NCBI RefSeq assembly: GCF_018977255.1
Contig: NW_024704742.1
Coordinates: 63,800,001-63,864,000, forward strand
DNA from: Callorhinchus milii
Taxonomy: Eukaryota
Direction: 5' to 3'
DNA length: 64,000 nucleotides
The notes beneath the pieces were generated by a model. It did no database searches, was not told the origin of the DNA, and was given only the letters and a program-made list of their open reading frames with translations. Position numbers and translations under genes: made by a program. Below are positions 49,798 to 63,405 of the stretch, one piece after another (the stretch's first letter is position 1; the number at the start of each line of letters is the position of its first letter).

Positions 49798-51492
49798 CTG
49801 ACTTGATGCTGACAATGTGTGGCCAAGCATATCACCTTGAAGCCAGCTCAGTTCTAAGTAGACTCCGCTTACAGAGAATACCTCCTTCCCAAAGAACAGA
49901 TTCTAGCTGTCAACAAATTCTTCTTCTAGTATGTGGGCAGTGGAGGGTTAAAGAGAGGAGTGCTCAATACACTGTGGCACATTCCACCATTATTTTAGTT
50001 AAACTGACAGATGAGGTTGCCAGTTTCCAGTGAAGGTCTTTATGGAAACCCAAAGGCAACTTGCCAACAAGTACTGCGTCTGTCAAAATGAGCTTTGCTG
50101 GAAAATATGTCACCAGCATTAACTGAGAATATATTTTATAAAAAGGACTTTGCAGAAACAGATCCAAAGGGCAATGAAAGGAGAGCAAAGGTTTACTCCT
50201 GAGAGAGAGTCTCCATATTACACTACCATTCACACAGCACACAGCCTCAACCATCCGTCTCCACGTCAACACTGTCTAATGCTCTCTGGAATTAGGGATG
50301 CGTCCCTCCAGGGAGAGAGTGGGCATTCCATTTCAGACACAGTGACATTTTCAATATGTAGGGAGCCATACATATGTAGAACTCAGTCTGGTTTGGAATG
50401 CTCTTAAGTATGGTGATGGGTTTCCACATGCGTCAGAACCCGGCTGATTAAATAAACTCAACCATTCAAAGAGCATGCAGTTTTGACCATCAAGAGAGAG
50501 CGTTATTCACAGTAAAGAGGGCAGTTCCCAGTAAGCTCTGGTCCACAGCATAAAATGAAGAGAGGAACAGGGGCAGGAGGAGGCCATTCAGGATATACTT
50601 GTGGGAGACTCGAAATATGGACAAGATCACAACCCGAATGGTTTCCACTTAAGAGTCACAAACGTCACTATTGGCAATGCTTCCATTATGGCAAAGTGTG
50701 CCATATCAGGTGACAGAGCCAAACAGATGGCGTATCCTCCCGTTTTCAGATAGTGTGGTAACGTCAACCAGTCTGCACATTATTAGTCACACATTCAATA
50801 GAATGAATCAAATCAGATCTTTTATGACATATTCATAAAAGTTAATGAAATGCGAGTTCAAACAAGACAAAATTTCAGTTGACTGCCCCCCGCCCACACA
50901 CACACACACACAGAGTTGGGACATAAACAGTCTCTGCTCCCGGTGAAGGGAACATTTGCACAGCTGAAGATAGGGTCTCAACTCAACTCAGTTGCTATTG
51001 TGTGAAGTAGCACCCAACGTTCTGGCTCCAGCAACAGTAAACATTTTGTCCCATTACTTCTGAGGGGTTTTCAAAAAAAATTCCCCCTAAAGTATTTAAA
51101 CCAGTAGATAATTAGATGTTTTGATAATCTGCCATTTAACATTTCGATGCATCATGACATTGGGAGTTACAAAAATGTAGCTCTTCACTAACTTGCCCAC
51201 AATATGTTGCCACATCTCCTGTCACGTTATTCACCCCAGTTAGTGCTACATTCTCATTAACAAAGCAATCAAAAAGTACAAAATATTGTAAATTCTGAAG
51301 CTCTAATTTCTAAGTCAGAGATGAATCACATGTGTGGGTGTGATTTGGATTTACAGTCATATCTGAAAGACGGTAATTCTTGGAAAGTGGAATGGAAAAA
51401 TCCAGTACTGCATTGGAGTCAGCCTGGACTATCAGCTCCAAGTCCCAAGTGGGCCTTGAACTCTCAACCTTCTGTTACCGGGTTACCAGAAG

Positions 51493-51998
51493 TGGAGTCC
51501 CGTACCATAGTGGTTAGAGCATTCACCTCGCAAGCGAGAGTTCCCGGGTTTGATTCCTGGGGAAAAACCTTAGGAAAGTTTCCACATGCCTGCTTACCTA
51601 GCAGTAAGTAGGAACCTGGTATTAGTTGATTGGCGGATCACTTTCTGAGGGCAATAATCCCTGAAAATAAAGTTGGTCACTCAATCCACGACTGTTTGCG
51701 GGACACTGCTGTGCTCAATTCGTTGCCTCGTTTCGCCTACAAAATATACAGGCAATTCACTTTACAGTATAATTATTTGGGGAGGACAAGTTTGCAGGGC
51801 TATGGTGAGAGAGCAGGGGAGTTTGATTGAATTGGATAACTCTTTTCAAATAGCTGGCACAGACACGATGGACTGAATGGCCTCCTTCTATGCTGTATAA
51901 TTCTATGATTCTATGATATATTCTGTGAAGCACTTTGAGATGTCTCAACGATGTGATAATGTGCTATCTCAGATGTAAGAATTCTTTTTCTTCTTATT
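51493..51998 (+). mobile_element. SINE family A, long variant, interrupted by a CR1 3' end (about 51772-51916)
   Basis: ggagtcccgtaccatagtggttagagc head; CR1 end gaatggcctccttctatgctgtataattctatgattctatga inside the body. Confidence 0.85.
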
Positions 51999-52189
51999 AT
52001 CATCATCAATGGAGTCAAGTCTACAATCTAGGTACCTGGCTTACCAACATCAAATAATTGGGGAACCATTCTGGCCTCCAAGTTTGTTCTGTTTTCTAAC
52101 ATTCCCCATTCTATGTTCTAAACAAATCCAACTAGTATATTATCCATTTTTACCCACCTTCTTAATGATTTAACCACACAAAAACTATT

Positions 52190-52690
52190 CGTCAGCCTGG
52201 CTCAAGTTGGTTGCACTGTCACCTTGGAGTCAGAAGATTATGGAATCAAGCCCTGTTTCGGGAGCTCATAGTTTAGGATGTCATGCCAATGGGGGTGCAC
52301 TGTATTTATCGGAGATACAGTCCTTCAGTGGAGATGTTAAATCAAGTTTTGTCTGCCTGTTCCAGTGGATGTTAAATATCCATGGCACCAATCGAAAAAG
52401 AAAAAAGAATTTATTCTAGTGTCTTGGCCAACAATCCCCAAGATAAACTGAGTCATTCACTTGAACAACAACTTGCATTTATATAGCGCCGCTCACACAG
52501 TGTAGCGTCCCACAGTGCTTGACATGGTTTGAACAACTTCATGGTTGTTTGTGGGGCATTGATGTGTGCAATGATTGGCTGCCATATTCCCCAACAAAAT
52601 AAGCAGTCACTACACTCTACAGAAAATCCTGGGAAGCTCTTTGAGACGTTACAACGACACGTTAAGAAACAATGTCAAATTCATATAATA
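52190..52690 (+). mobile_element. SINE family B with nested opposite-orientation L2-type tail (about 52464-52535)
   Basis: gtcagcctggctcaagttgg head; insert gaacaacaacttgcatttatatagcgcc. Confidence 0.8.
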
Positions 52691-53054
52691 TTAACTAAAT
52701 AGGTGGATTCCTAGCTTTTGAACTTAACCTCAGTTCTGGCACAATATGTCTCAAAACTATTTGTTACGTACAGTTTGGAAACAAGCCCAAGTCCAGCCTG
52801 GCTTTAAATCATTCTCAGTTGGCATTGTTTATCTGCCTTCTGTCGCAACAACACAATTTGGAACCAAAGTGCAAGATGCGTACACACAACATGGAGCCGA
52901 ACAAAATTATTTTTAGTCAGAAAGACTAAACAGGCCAAGTTTCTCAGAATTGAAAATGTAATAAGCTTACCATTTAGATGCTTGCTCCTTAGAGGCAACT
53001 AACTCCCTTTCAGTGTTTCTCATCCTTGCTTTCTGCTGGTGGTGGCCTGGCTTG

Positions 53055-53568
53055 TTTTGATCAGCCGCATGTCTGACACATGTGGAAACCCATTTCATGT
53101 TTAAAAGTATCCAAACCAAATTGAGAATTTCATGCCTCCCACCTACACATGGAAATCCCAGAGATAGATTGTTGGAATGGAATCGCACTCTCTCCCTGGA
53201 GGGATGCATCCTGTTTACCTAATTCCGGAAAGTATTAGGCGCAGCTTGGCAAGAGCCAAGACCTGGAGACCCTAGAGTGTGCATTGCGGTATTGCTGGAG
53301 TCTATTCAGCTAAACCACATTGCTTGCCATAGATATTGCTGTCCGGCAAACTTTTCCGCTACTTGTCCAACTAAGATCACCCTATCTATTAGGGCTTTGG
53401 CTTGCAGGGTTAACAAGAGCTGAGTGGGATGACTCCCTCCCTTCAGTGACTGGTCTACCCTTCCAAGTCCTGCCGGATAAGCCAGGTTGGCTGTGCTGTC
53501 ATCAGCAGTGCCCTGGAATACTGCGGACCCGTCTGGCTCAGGAACTGGACTAACAAGACAGTCAGAGG
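53055..53568 (-). mobile_element. Family C repeat, apparently full length
   Basis: Reverse complement aligns end to end with 38601-39119. Confidence 0.8.
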
Positions 53569-55359
53569 AAAATCTAACACAAATGCCATTTTAACGTTCG
53601 CAACTTCTGTGGAGTGTGTTACAACCCTTAAAACTGCACTGAATCGAGACATCCTGTCATAGCCCTGAAAGAATACCAGCAAGAGCAGCTGTAGTTTCAA
53701 TTACCTTTTTGATACACATCACATCAGAACATCAGGAAGCAATGGTCATACAAAGTTAGTTATAACATCATAACAGCTTCAAAAAATATTAGAAACCCAT
53801 CACCATGATTGAGATAATCTAGACCCAAGTTTCACACCTGTGTGCCCCCTACGCAGACATTTCCCCCTGTCTGGAGTAGAATGTGCTCTTTCTATCCCCT
53901 TGGAGGGACAAAACTTTCTCATCTATTTCTACAATAATAATCCTTGTATTTTTCACGTTGTTGAGACGTCTCGAAACCTTCACAAAATATACTATACAGT
54001 TAATTGACTGTAATTCTAGAGGGTATTAGGTGAAGGTTGGCAAACAACAGAGGTTGGGAGCCCCAGAATGTGTTAGGGGTGCCACCTCCCTATCTCTCGA
54101 ACCTGCTTACACCCTTCACTCAGCTGGCTCCTTTCCCTTTTCAAATAATACTCCTTACATATGATTTTTGCGCCTTTCATGTCAGGAGAATATCTCAAAG
54201 TGCTTCCCAGGATCCACCATAAAGTGTGGAGTCACTGTGTATTCTGCAGGTGAACGTGGCAGCCACTTTGCTCATAGCAAAGCCCCACAAGAAGCCGCAA
54301 AGAGAGTGAGAGATAACAACAGCTAACATTTACATAGTGTATTGAGTGTCAGACTATAGAGTGCAAAGTCCAGTCTTCGGCTTGAACCTAAACCTTCTGA
54401 CTCAGAGGTGAGAGTGCTATCAACTGACCAGGATATTCACAAGAACTTTGAAATCCATCTGAACTGGCAGACAAGAGCATTGGTTTAAGGCGTAATCTGA
54501 AGGGATGGCACCTCAGACAATTCAGCATCCCTGTGTTGTTGAACTGGAGTGAAAGCCTAGACTATGAGCTCAAGTCCTTTTGTGGGGCACAGAGGAATTA
54601 CAAAAAAAAGTCACGCAGCACAGAGAAGCTTGTAAAACAAAACTTGGGAGAACCACAATAGTCATACCTCAGCTTTTTACACAACTGGACGAGAAATAAA
54701 GCCCCTGGAAGGAAGTTTGGCTCCATTCCAGTTATGACAACTAGTTTGGAAAGGTAACAACAAACTCTCAACATTAGGTTTCAGCTTTTCATTAGGTCGC
54801 GATTATGACTTTACCAGAAGACTAGTTCAGTCAAATATTTCCTTTTGACTTTCCTTCAAAGGGATGCTGGACCCCCTTTTGAATGATGCAACATCTGAAA
54901 CTCGGCTGTTCGGTGAAAAATAGCACTTGGGTTATGAAATGTGCTTTTTTGAAAAAAACCACAATACTTTACACCTCCAGGATTTCTCAGCGAGGCTGCC
55001 TAGGATTTTCTCCATTATGCAGGAGTGATGGGTATATTTTAAACGGCACTTGATGGGTTGCAGACCAGGAACTCGGGACATTATTGCAGGACCCAGACTT
55101 TAAGGCACCAGCCCTGACCCCGAGTGTAAATGGAAGGGAATACAATGCACGGCTGTCATTCACAGAAAGAAAGTCTGATCTCCAGGCTTGCCTAGCCGTC
55201 TCCTTTGTTCATTGTATGCAAAAGTATTAAAACACATTTATTCCATTAAGATTGTATGACATTTAGCTCCCTTGTGCTTTTAGCTGCTCTGACATACATC
55301 TAAAACTAGTACAGTAGCTCAATTAAATGACTGGGGCAGATGCAGTATTCTAGCACGTG

Positions 55360-55825
55360 CTGGAGACTATCCAGGACTCTGCAGCTCCTGTGCTCGCTTG
55401 CACCAGGCTCCCCAAACCTATTACCCCCATCCTCGCTGGGTTCCATTCCCCCAGCAGATCAAATTTGAGATCCTCGCCCTCATTTTCAAGTCCCTCAATG
55501 GCCTCATCCCACCTCTTCATCCTCCTACACCTTTACTGATGGACACTCACTTTGCTCAGCAAACACTGGCCTACTCCATGCCCCCTCCCCTGTATGCCCC
55601 AGCCATTCTGCGCCTGCTGTCTGGAACTCTATTCCCATCGGCACTCCCTCTCTCCAAACCTTCAAAGCCAATTTATCTCTTGACGACAACAACAACAACA
55701 AATGACATTTGTATATCACCTTTCACGTCAGGCCCTGACCTTGCCATCAGTCACTCAGCCCAGTCAGTTGTGTAAAGTGCTTTGAGATGTCCTCCTGTTG
55801 TAATGGCACTATATGAATGTATATG
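55360..55825 (+). mobile_element. L2 LINE 3' fragment
   Basis: ...PITPILA...QIKFEILALIFKSLNGL; tail tgtaaagtgctttgagatgtcc...ggcactatatgaatgta. Confidence 0.75.
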
Positions 55826-55939
55826 CTAAATGACCCATCTGGGCCATCTGGGCTTGTAGGAGCAACAATCATAGAAGGTGCCCATGTTAATAATTAAGCA
55901 ACGGAACCAAACTACAAAGAAAAACCTCAACTGTAAACC

Positions 55940-55980
55940 TTATTTTTAATTAATATTTATCTTAAATAATCCAAAATAGG
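55940..55980. promoter_or_regulatory. MEF2-like site plus perfect CArG box
   Basis: TTATTTTTAA (55940-55949) and CCAAAATAGG (55971-55980); motif match only. Confidence 0.25.
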
Positions 55981-57114
55981 ATATCAGCTTTAATGAGGGT
56001 GGGGGGCGAGAAACACTTTAAAAACTACACTGTAAAAATTCAAACAGAATAGCAATAAATGCAATAAATAAATTAAAGTGCTTAATAAAGTTTAAAAAAA
56101 ATTAAATCCTTGCATTTGATATAGCGTCATATCACATCATCGAGATGTCTCAAAGCATTTCATAAAATATACTGTAAAGTGAATGAACTGACTGTATATT
56201 TTGTGAGCAAATTAAAGTAGAATAGAGATTGTGAATACTACTTTTTTTTAAAAAAAGCTGCAACCTAGAAAATAAAAAGCGATATTTAAAGTTACACTCA
56301 CACTAACACACGAGTTTCTCTCCCCCAACCCAATAAATATTAGCTCACAACTTTAGGAACCGCTGTAAGACATGCTGTACCCCTCACCCTGATCATTTCC
56401 CCCCTGCTCGGGTCCTGACCCAACTGTCCAGCATCTTGGGACGTCCTCCCGACGTGAAAGGCGCTCTATAAATGAAATCTTGTTGTTGTTGTTGTTGTAC
56501 TCATTCACTTGTCAAAGATGGATTGCTCTCACAGGGAGCAGTGGCAAGCCTGGAAAAGGCAGCCTTTAGCTGCTGTTTATCTTACTTTAGTGCCACCATG
56601 CTTTGTTGTGGCAGGAGAACAAAGCCTGGTCCCATGCCTCATAAAGTATCAGCAAAACAGGTTACCAGGAACAGTGGATGAAGCCAGGATCCTAACCTCA
56701 GTTAAACAGTTTGGTACTCTAATGGGAAGGCAGTGGGTTGGTATTCTTAACAAAATATCCTGACGGGCTTTCTTCATCCAAACCACTCATAAGCGCTCTG
56801 GGACGCTACTCTGCGTGTGAGGCGTTATATAAATGCAATTTGTTATTGTACGATCTTTCAGAAACACAATAGGAAAGAAAGCATTTAGTTTACATTGGTT
56901 ATATTTGGATTCATGCTAATCTTAGTGTCAAATCAGTTGACTTTGCGTTATCTGGTTCTGGTTTTACTATAAATGGGGTGTAGCTGGGAAGACAAGATTT
57001 CCACATTGAAAGATTCCACAAATACTAATTGAAATAATTTTTTTCCCCCCATTCTTTAAACCACTGGTGGAATGTTCATCAGGTCTGACTGTCTGCTAGA
57101 TGTTTCTCCTTCAG

Positions 57115-57425
57115 TATCAGCCTTGCTCAGTTTATAGCACTCTTACTTTTGGTCAGGGGTTATGGGTTCAAGCTCCCTGTCAGCACTTCAGTTTACCATC
57201 TAGACTGACAATCTAGCATCTGTATTGATTGGGGTGGAGCACTGAATTGTTGGAGACGTTATCATTTTATTGAGTCGATAAACCAAGGCCTGATCTGCCT
57301 GTTTTTCAGGTGGATGTTGAAGATCCTACAACACTATTTTGAAAAGAGAAGTTAGTTTCTCCAGCATCCATTCCCCCACCCACCCCTCATGTCCCGGTCA
57401 ACAATCCTCCAAATTAATTGATCTT
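57115..57425 (+). mobile_element. SINE family B, diverged 5' half
   Basis: tcagccttgctcagtttatagcactc...aaaccaaggcctgatctgcctg...caggtggatg. Confidence 0.7.
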
Positions 57426-58349
57426 TCATTTTGTGAAAGATTTTTTCGCTTTTTGTCACCATCGGTGACTTCACTTTCAGCCACTATGCCCTGAAACACT
57501 GGAACACTATTCCTTTATGTTACCTTGCTTCCCTCCTTCCCCATCTTCAGGTCGAGCCTGAAGGCCTCCCTCTTTGACCTATGGTCACCTCCTACTCCCC
57601 CCAGCTCGGCGTCAGGCTCCGTCATTGTGCAGCCTTCTGGGACACTACATAAATGTAAGTTGTTGTTGTGGCTATCTGTGGGACTTTGCTGGATAGAAAT
57701 TGTCTACTTGCTTTTTACTAGAAATCCACACTGGTTATTTACAGCACAGAAGAAGGTCATTCGGCCATTGCTTCACTATTACCTTGCAAAGTTTTTTGAG
57801 ACACCGAACATTACAGATGTTTCATCAAATGCAAGGGATTATGATTAACTGCTACAGTGGGTTAGTCTAGCCAAAGTCAGTCTAGTCACCATTAGTTTCC
57901 AGGTGTTGGGATGACTGAAGAGTATACCAGCTGTAGATAAAAAGTGAAGTGTCAATAACAACACCTGACATTTAAAGGCATGTGAACGCTGCAGAGTCAG
58001 TGAGCCTCAGCATCCTTACACAATGATTAAAAATAGATGATTGAACACAGCATCAACCTTTTTGCAGGTCAAACAATTTGCTGTAGAATATTAACTTGTA
58101 TTACAATAGGAATTACGGCATAGGAGGCAATGCAGTGTCTCAAGCCAATGCTGGTGCTAGCTCCCCCGCTGAGACCAGCCACTTAAATCTTTCTACAATG
58201 GGTTGTCCTCAAATACTGATCCAATTGCATCAACAGAAAGAATTATTAAAGCATATGAGGAGCAAGTAGACGCTGTAACCAACATGCCATATGAGGTATG
58301 GCATTATAATACAGCACTAAAAACAAGGGCAGTTATAATAATAGATCTG

Positions 58350-58835
58350 TGAATTTGATTTAGTGCCTTATCGCTTCATCAAAATGTCTTAAAGTGCACC
58401 ACAGGATTTCCTGTAAAGTGTAGTAAGTGTACATTAGGTGATCATGGCAGCCAACTTGTGCAGTGCAATGTCCCCATCAATGTCCCCAGCGCCTTGGGAC
58501 GTCCGCCTGATGTGAAAGGCGCTAGACAAATGTAATTTTGTAATTTTTGTATGTATTAACAGCCATGGAGTGAATGACCAGTTTTATCTGGGGGTGATGG
58601 TTGGCCAGGACACCAGGAGAAACTCCCTCCACTTTTCAAATAGGGGGATCCTTAACGACCACCTGAACAGGGAAACGGGAACTTAGTTTAATGTCTCATG
58701 TGAAGGATAGCACCTCTAACATGCAGCACGCCACCAGTGTTAGCCTGAGTTTCAAATACAAAATCCTGAAATTGTCAATCCAGAATCCACAATCTGATGG
58801 TTCAGAAAGAGTGGGGTACCAAATGAGCAAGTCTG
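58350..58835 (-). mobile_element. SINE family B with nested L2-type tail (about 58485-58545)
   Basis: ttggccaggacaccaggagaaactccc...cacctgaacagg; insert cagcgccttgggacgtccgcctgatgtgaaaggcgcta. Confidence 0.75.
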
Positions 58836-61800
58836 ATATTCTTCCAACATAACGGAAAAAAATGATTTACATTTATATAGCACTTTTCACGTTAGGAGAT
58901 TGTCTCAAAGCAATATAATGACACAGTGGGAGCCCAAATTGAGAGAGAGATGTCAGATGTGCAGTCAAAAAGAAGACAGGCCTGTACTCAGGCTTTGAAA
59001 TCTGATAAGGAGGGGACGAGGAAGAAAAAGGAGAAAAAAGAGATTTTGCCTGAGTTGTGGGATGAGGTTGTGTCTGAGGCAGGCTCTGTTGTGGGTTGAA
59101 GAAAGTGGACTTGGTCACAGCATGGATGAAAGGTTTGAAAGGAGAGTTGAACAAAGCGCTGAGGTTCTGCAGAGTCTCTGTGAGTTGGAAAGAACAAACG
59201 ATAAGGTCGTTTAGGTCAGTGCCTGCAGTTGGGAGGTGCTGACAGGAGCCGATTTTGCCAACGTTCAGTTGGAGAAAGTTTAAGACTCACCCAGGACTTG
59301 ATATCTGACAGGCACCCTGGAATCAAGGATGGAGGCAGAAAGGTAGACGAGAAAGAGATAGACTCGGGCAACATCTTAAAATCCTATAGCACAGAAAGAG
59401 ACCATTCGGCCCATCGTGTCTGTGCTGGCACTTTGAAAGAACTGCTAAGTAGTCCTACTCCCCTGTACTTTCCCCAAAGCCTATAGAAGCATCATATCCT
59501 CTAACATATGGAAGTGGACCCTATGCCAGCATGTAGTTGAAGAAGAGGAAAGGAGCAAAGTTGAAAATGGGAGGAAAAAATTCCAGGGAGGATTAACTGC
59601 AAACTTGCCAACTGTTCCATGTTTGGTCCATTACCAAAATGGACTATGAATAAACATTACTCTCTATCTACAATTTTGTGGGACATAGATGTTTAGGGAA
59701 GAATCAAAACAGTCTACAGTGGCAGGACATCGACACCAATGGTCAAACTGTGAATCCCTTTAGACATGTGGAACTGCGGTGTGACTTTCAGGGCCAGTGA
59801 TAAAGAGATACAAGTGGCAGCTCTTGTTGTGAAGAGACAATGAGCAGGGTTTGTGATACCTTCAATACCCATCTCAAGACCCTCCACTTCGACCGTGCTT
59901 CCGATCACCTTGCTTCCCTGCCTGCCCTCTACCCTTCCCAATTCCGATCCCCAGCTCAGGTCCGAAACACTGACTGTCCAGCGACTTGGGACGTCCTCCC
60001 GACGTGAAAGGCGCTATACAAATGTAATTTTTTTTTTGTTGTTGTTCAATGAGGAGGATTCTTGACAGGGCTTCAAGTGTAGCCCAGAGCAAAACAAAGA
60101 ATGAATCCACAGTAAATGGACTTTTACATTGTGAACAAAGGATAAGACTTAAAGTCAGAACACTGCTGACAAACTCAAGCATTGAAAAAAGTCAGCAAAG
60201 ACGGCCAAACATCGATCACTTGTACATAGCCGTCGCTCGGCACTTTTCACTCAACACATTGCTAACACTGGACATAATTAAGGAACGCACCAACAGGATA
60301 TTGAAAGCAAGAGCCATTCAACATTCAGATACCCATGTAGAACAGTAATCAGATATGGGCGGTTATGCAGGATTGAGGTCAGATCTCTCAGAGAGAAGCA
60401 GCCTAGTGAGAGAACATGCCTGCTGCCTCTTTGAATTAACTTGTGGTGCACATGATCTCCCAAACTTCCGAAAGTGTTTCAGAATAATCAACATTTATCT
60501 TCCTTACCCTTCCCACCCACCCCCACCCCCCCCCCCGACCCCACTCCTCTGAAAATGCAACAACCCAGGAAGCTCTATTAATTGCCACAGTCCAATCCAA
60601 GAGCACTCCCATAAAGATTTAGCAAGTCAGAAGCTCAGCTACAACTAAACAAACATACACACACAAATTAAACTCCATGGGCTGATTTTTGTGATATTCT
60701 TGTTAGAATTATTACAGCAGCACAGCATTATGAAGTGCTGCAGAGTTAACTCGTATGTTCGTAAATATTTAACCCTGCAGTACTTTACTTTCTTCCACTC
60801 TTCCTTAAGTGGTCAGCAGCAGTATACGTTTATATAGAATATACTGAGGTTGTGAGTATTCAGTTACTTGACAGACCCAGCCTCTCCCTTCGCTCAGCAA
60901 ACAACAGCCTGTTTCATGTCCCCCATCCCTTCTGCCCCATCATCGGCAAACAGGCTTTCTGCCATTCTACCCCCATTCTCCATGCTAGACTCCCTCCTTC
61001 TTTCAAGATTTGCAGCTTCAAGAAGAGTTTGGAACAAATTGGTGACATTGACCGACATTCATAATGCTCCATCCTCCAGTTAATGCTGAATAAAGATTTG
61101 GATTCCACAGCACTCTGAGACGTTTTCTTACGTGAGGGGTTGTTAAATAAATGTACGGTGCTGTTGGAGTAATGCAGCATCCTTGAAAGTATGATCCTCT
61201 TCGATATAACCAGAGCAGTACAATACAATATACATTTAAACAGATGTCCCAAAGCGCTTGCTGTGAACCCCAAACAGCATTAGTGATCACATCCAGCTCA
61301 ATTACATGAATAACAATAGGTCTAAAGAGAAGTTTGATCTAAGTTAACAACAATAAATTAAGTTAAGGTTGCAACACCCAGCAGAATATTTACCACTTTA
61401 AAATAATGTTCATATATTCAAACCTAAACTATGTTACACAACATGTTCCTTGTGTTAATTAACATGACGAGCCGAGTTATAAAACATCATAATCTTTCCC
61501 CGTATTGTATCCACATCACTTGTATTTAGGTCAAAATTGCTTAAAATACAGTAGAGGTAACATCAATGGAAGGAACTAAAAACAGCTGTGGAACCCAGAC
61601 CTTTATTCACAACTGGATAAATCAGAACACACACATGGTAGTTAAGCTTGTTTTACAGAGGAGAGTGAACATAATTGGATTTGCATTAAAATATGCAACA
61701 TTAAAATATGCAACATATTTAAAAAAAACAATTCAACATACATTCCAAGAGTTGGATGGATTCAACTAGATTTTCACCCTCCCGCCTTTAAATATGAATA

Positions 61801-62699
61801 CAATTTCCTTGCATTTGCCAGGTTTAAACATCAGAAAGAAAACTTGGCAATCTTGGACCCAAATGGCCAAAAAACAATTATCAAAAAAAGCCCACCTGTC
61901 TGCTACCATGACAACCTAACAGTCTGCTGGAAAGGAGGTATTTTGCTTGTCTTGTACAGTTGCCAATATTTATTGTAGGACAATTCTAACCTCAAACAGG
62001 GGAGGAGGTGGGAGGGGGGGGAGGTCTGGGCACATTTCCTCTCTCTCTCTCCCTTAAGAGCTTGAATGTGCACAGCAGCTCATGCAGAGAAAATATGTGA
62101 GTAACATGAGGAATATTTTAAAAAAACCACCAAACAATAATGGAGATGTTGATAGCAATTAATTCTGTATGGATTAGTCTACCATCACAGTGGAAAGCTT
62201 TTAGACCCAAAGTTGTCTAGTTCTTCCAAGCCATCCTGCACTTATCATGTCTCAAATGACATATATGCTGTATCCCAAAATATTATTTTCTAAAAGCAAA
62301 TCCCTCCACCCCCCCCCCCCCAACACCCTGTAATAGCAGATTGATGCAATGCTTGTGCAACCATCCTTTGCTCAGCCATCCTTTGCTCTGTGCAGAGAGA
62401 GCATTCCTCACCCTGATAAGGTTCTGCCCAAATCCATCTCTTTTTCACTTTTAATTTGTTACAGAGCAACACGTAAAGGAGTATTGCCCGAGCAACCTCG
62501 CTCCCACCAACGTCCAGAGCTGCAGATTACTAGCTGGAGCAGCAAATATTATTAACTAGATCAGCAAAGATTACTAACTAGATCAGAAATGTTGCAGTCG
62601 TTCATTTGGATATTATGCATTTTTAGGAAGCTTTGTAAAGCTTATGATCACCCTTCAGCCTGTCAGTCACTAAATCAGACTAAGACTGGGAAACCATTG

Positions 62700-62752
62700 A
62701 CTCTCTCTCTATATATATATATATATACTGTATGTGTGTATATATATATATA
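62700..62752. repeat. (CT)n(AT)n compound microsatellite
   Basis: ctctctctctatatatatatatatatac...tatatatatata. Confidence 0.85.
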
Positions 62753-63085
62753 AAAAATGATGCCACAAACACAAAGCACCTTTCTTTCAAGTTTTCCATT
62801 CACCACATCACACTTTGCAACCTTGTTTCAAAAAGACAGGTAACTTTTCTCCAAGTGTGTAGGGAGCCTGTGAACTTCTATTCATTTATGTTCCAATTCT
62901 TCACTTTTTAAAGAGAATTGCAATGATAGGAAAGCAAAACCAATCAGCAACTTGCATCTTTTGTGCTTGCATTAAAAAAGTCACAAGGGAAAAAAAGATA
63001 TATTAAATATCCATTCTGTACCAGTCTGCTACTAGTCCAAAAAAAACACCATCCCTTGAGGTTAAAATCCACATATCTTTCTTAC

Positions 63086-63405
63086 CTGTTTCTGCTTTTG
63101 CTTTCAATATCCTGTTAAGTGCAGATCCACTAATATCAGCCAGAGGAGAGCAGACCCCAAAGGGATGGGAGACTGTATTTGCAGGCGATGCTGCTGCTGT
63201 GTTGAGCAGCCTGTGGTAGAGATCGTTAGGTATCTTTCAATATATACACCAGTCAGTCAGTCACAGCCCGCACTCAGCTTCATGACTCAGTGAATCTCCT
63301 CACCAGCCTCACAGTCCATTCAGTCAAGCAGTCGCTGCTTCAAAATAAAAGCACTCAAGTTGCTGACTACACACAGCAGAGCTGAGCACCTCTGTCTCCA
63401 GTCTG
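63086..63405 (-). other. PALLD: Candidate non-coding alternative first exon of the short palladin isoform (5' boundary approximate)
   Basis: Strong donor CAG|gtaaga at 63086/63085; repeat-free; TATA-like element about 30 nt upstream; only two short uORFs inside. Confidence 0.45.

Noticed and set aside
41265..52975. Isolated minus-strand donor-like sites (TGG|gtgagc near 41270, ATG|gtaagt near 42650, ATG|gtaagc near 52969) as extra PALLD exons
   Set aside because: No palladin-like peptide and no supporting acceptor or promoter evidence; such motifs are expected by chance in 30 kb. RNA-seq would be needed.
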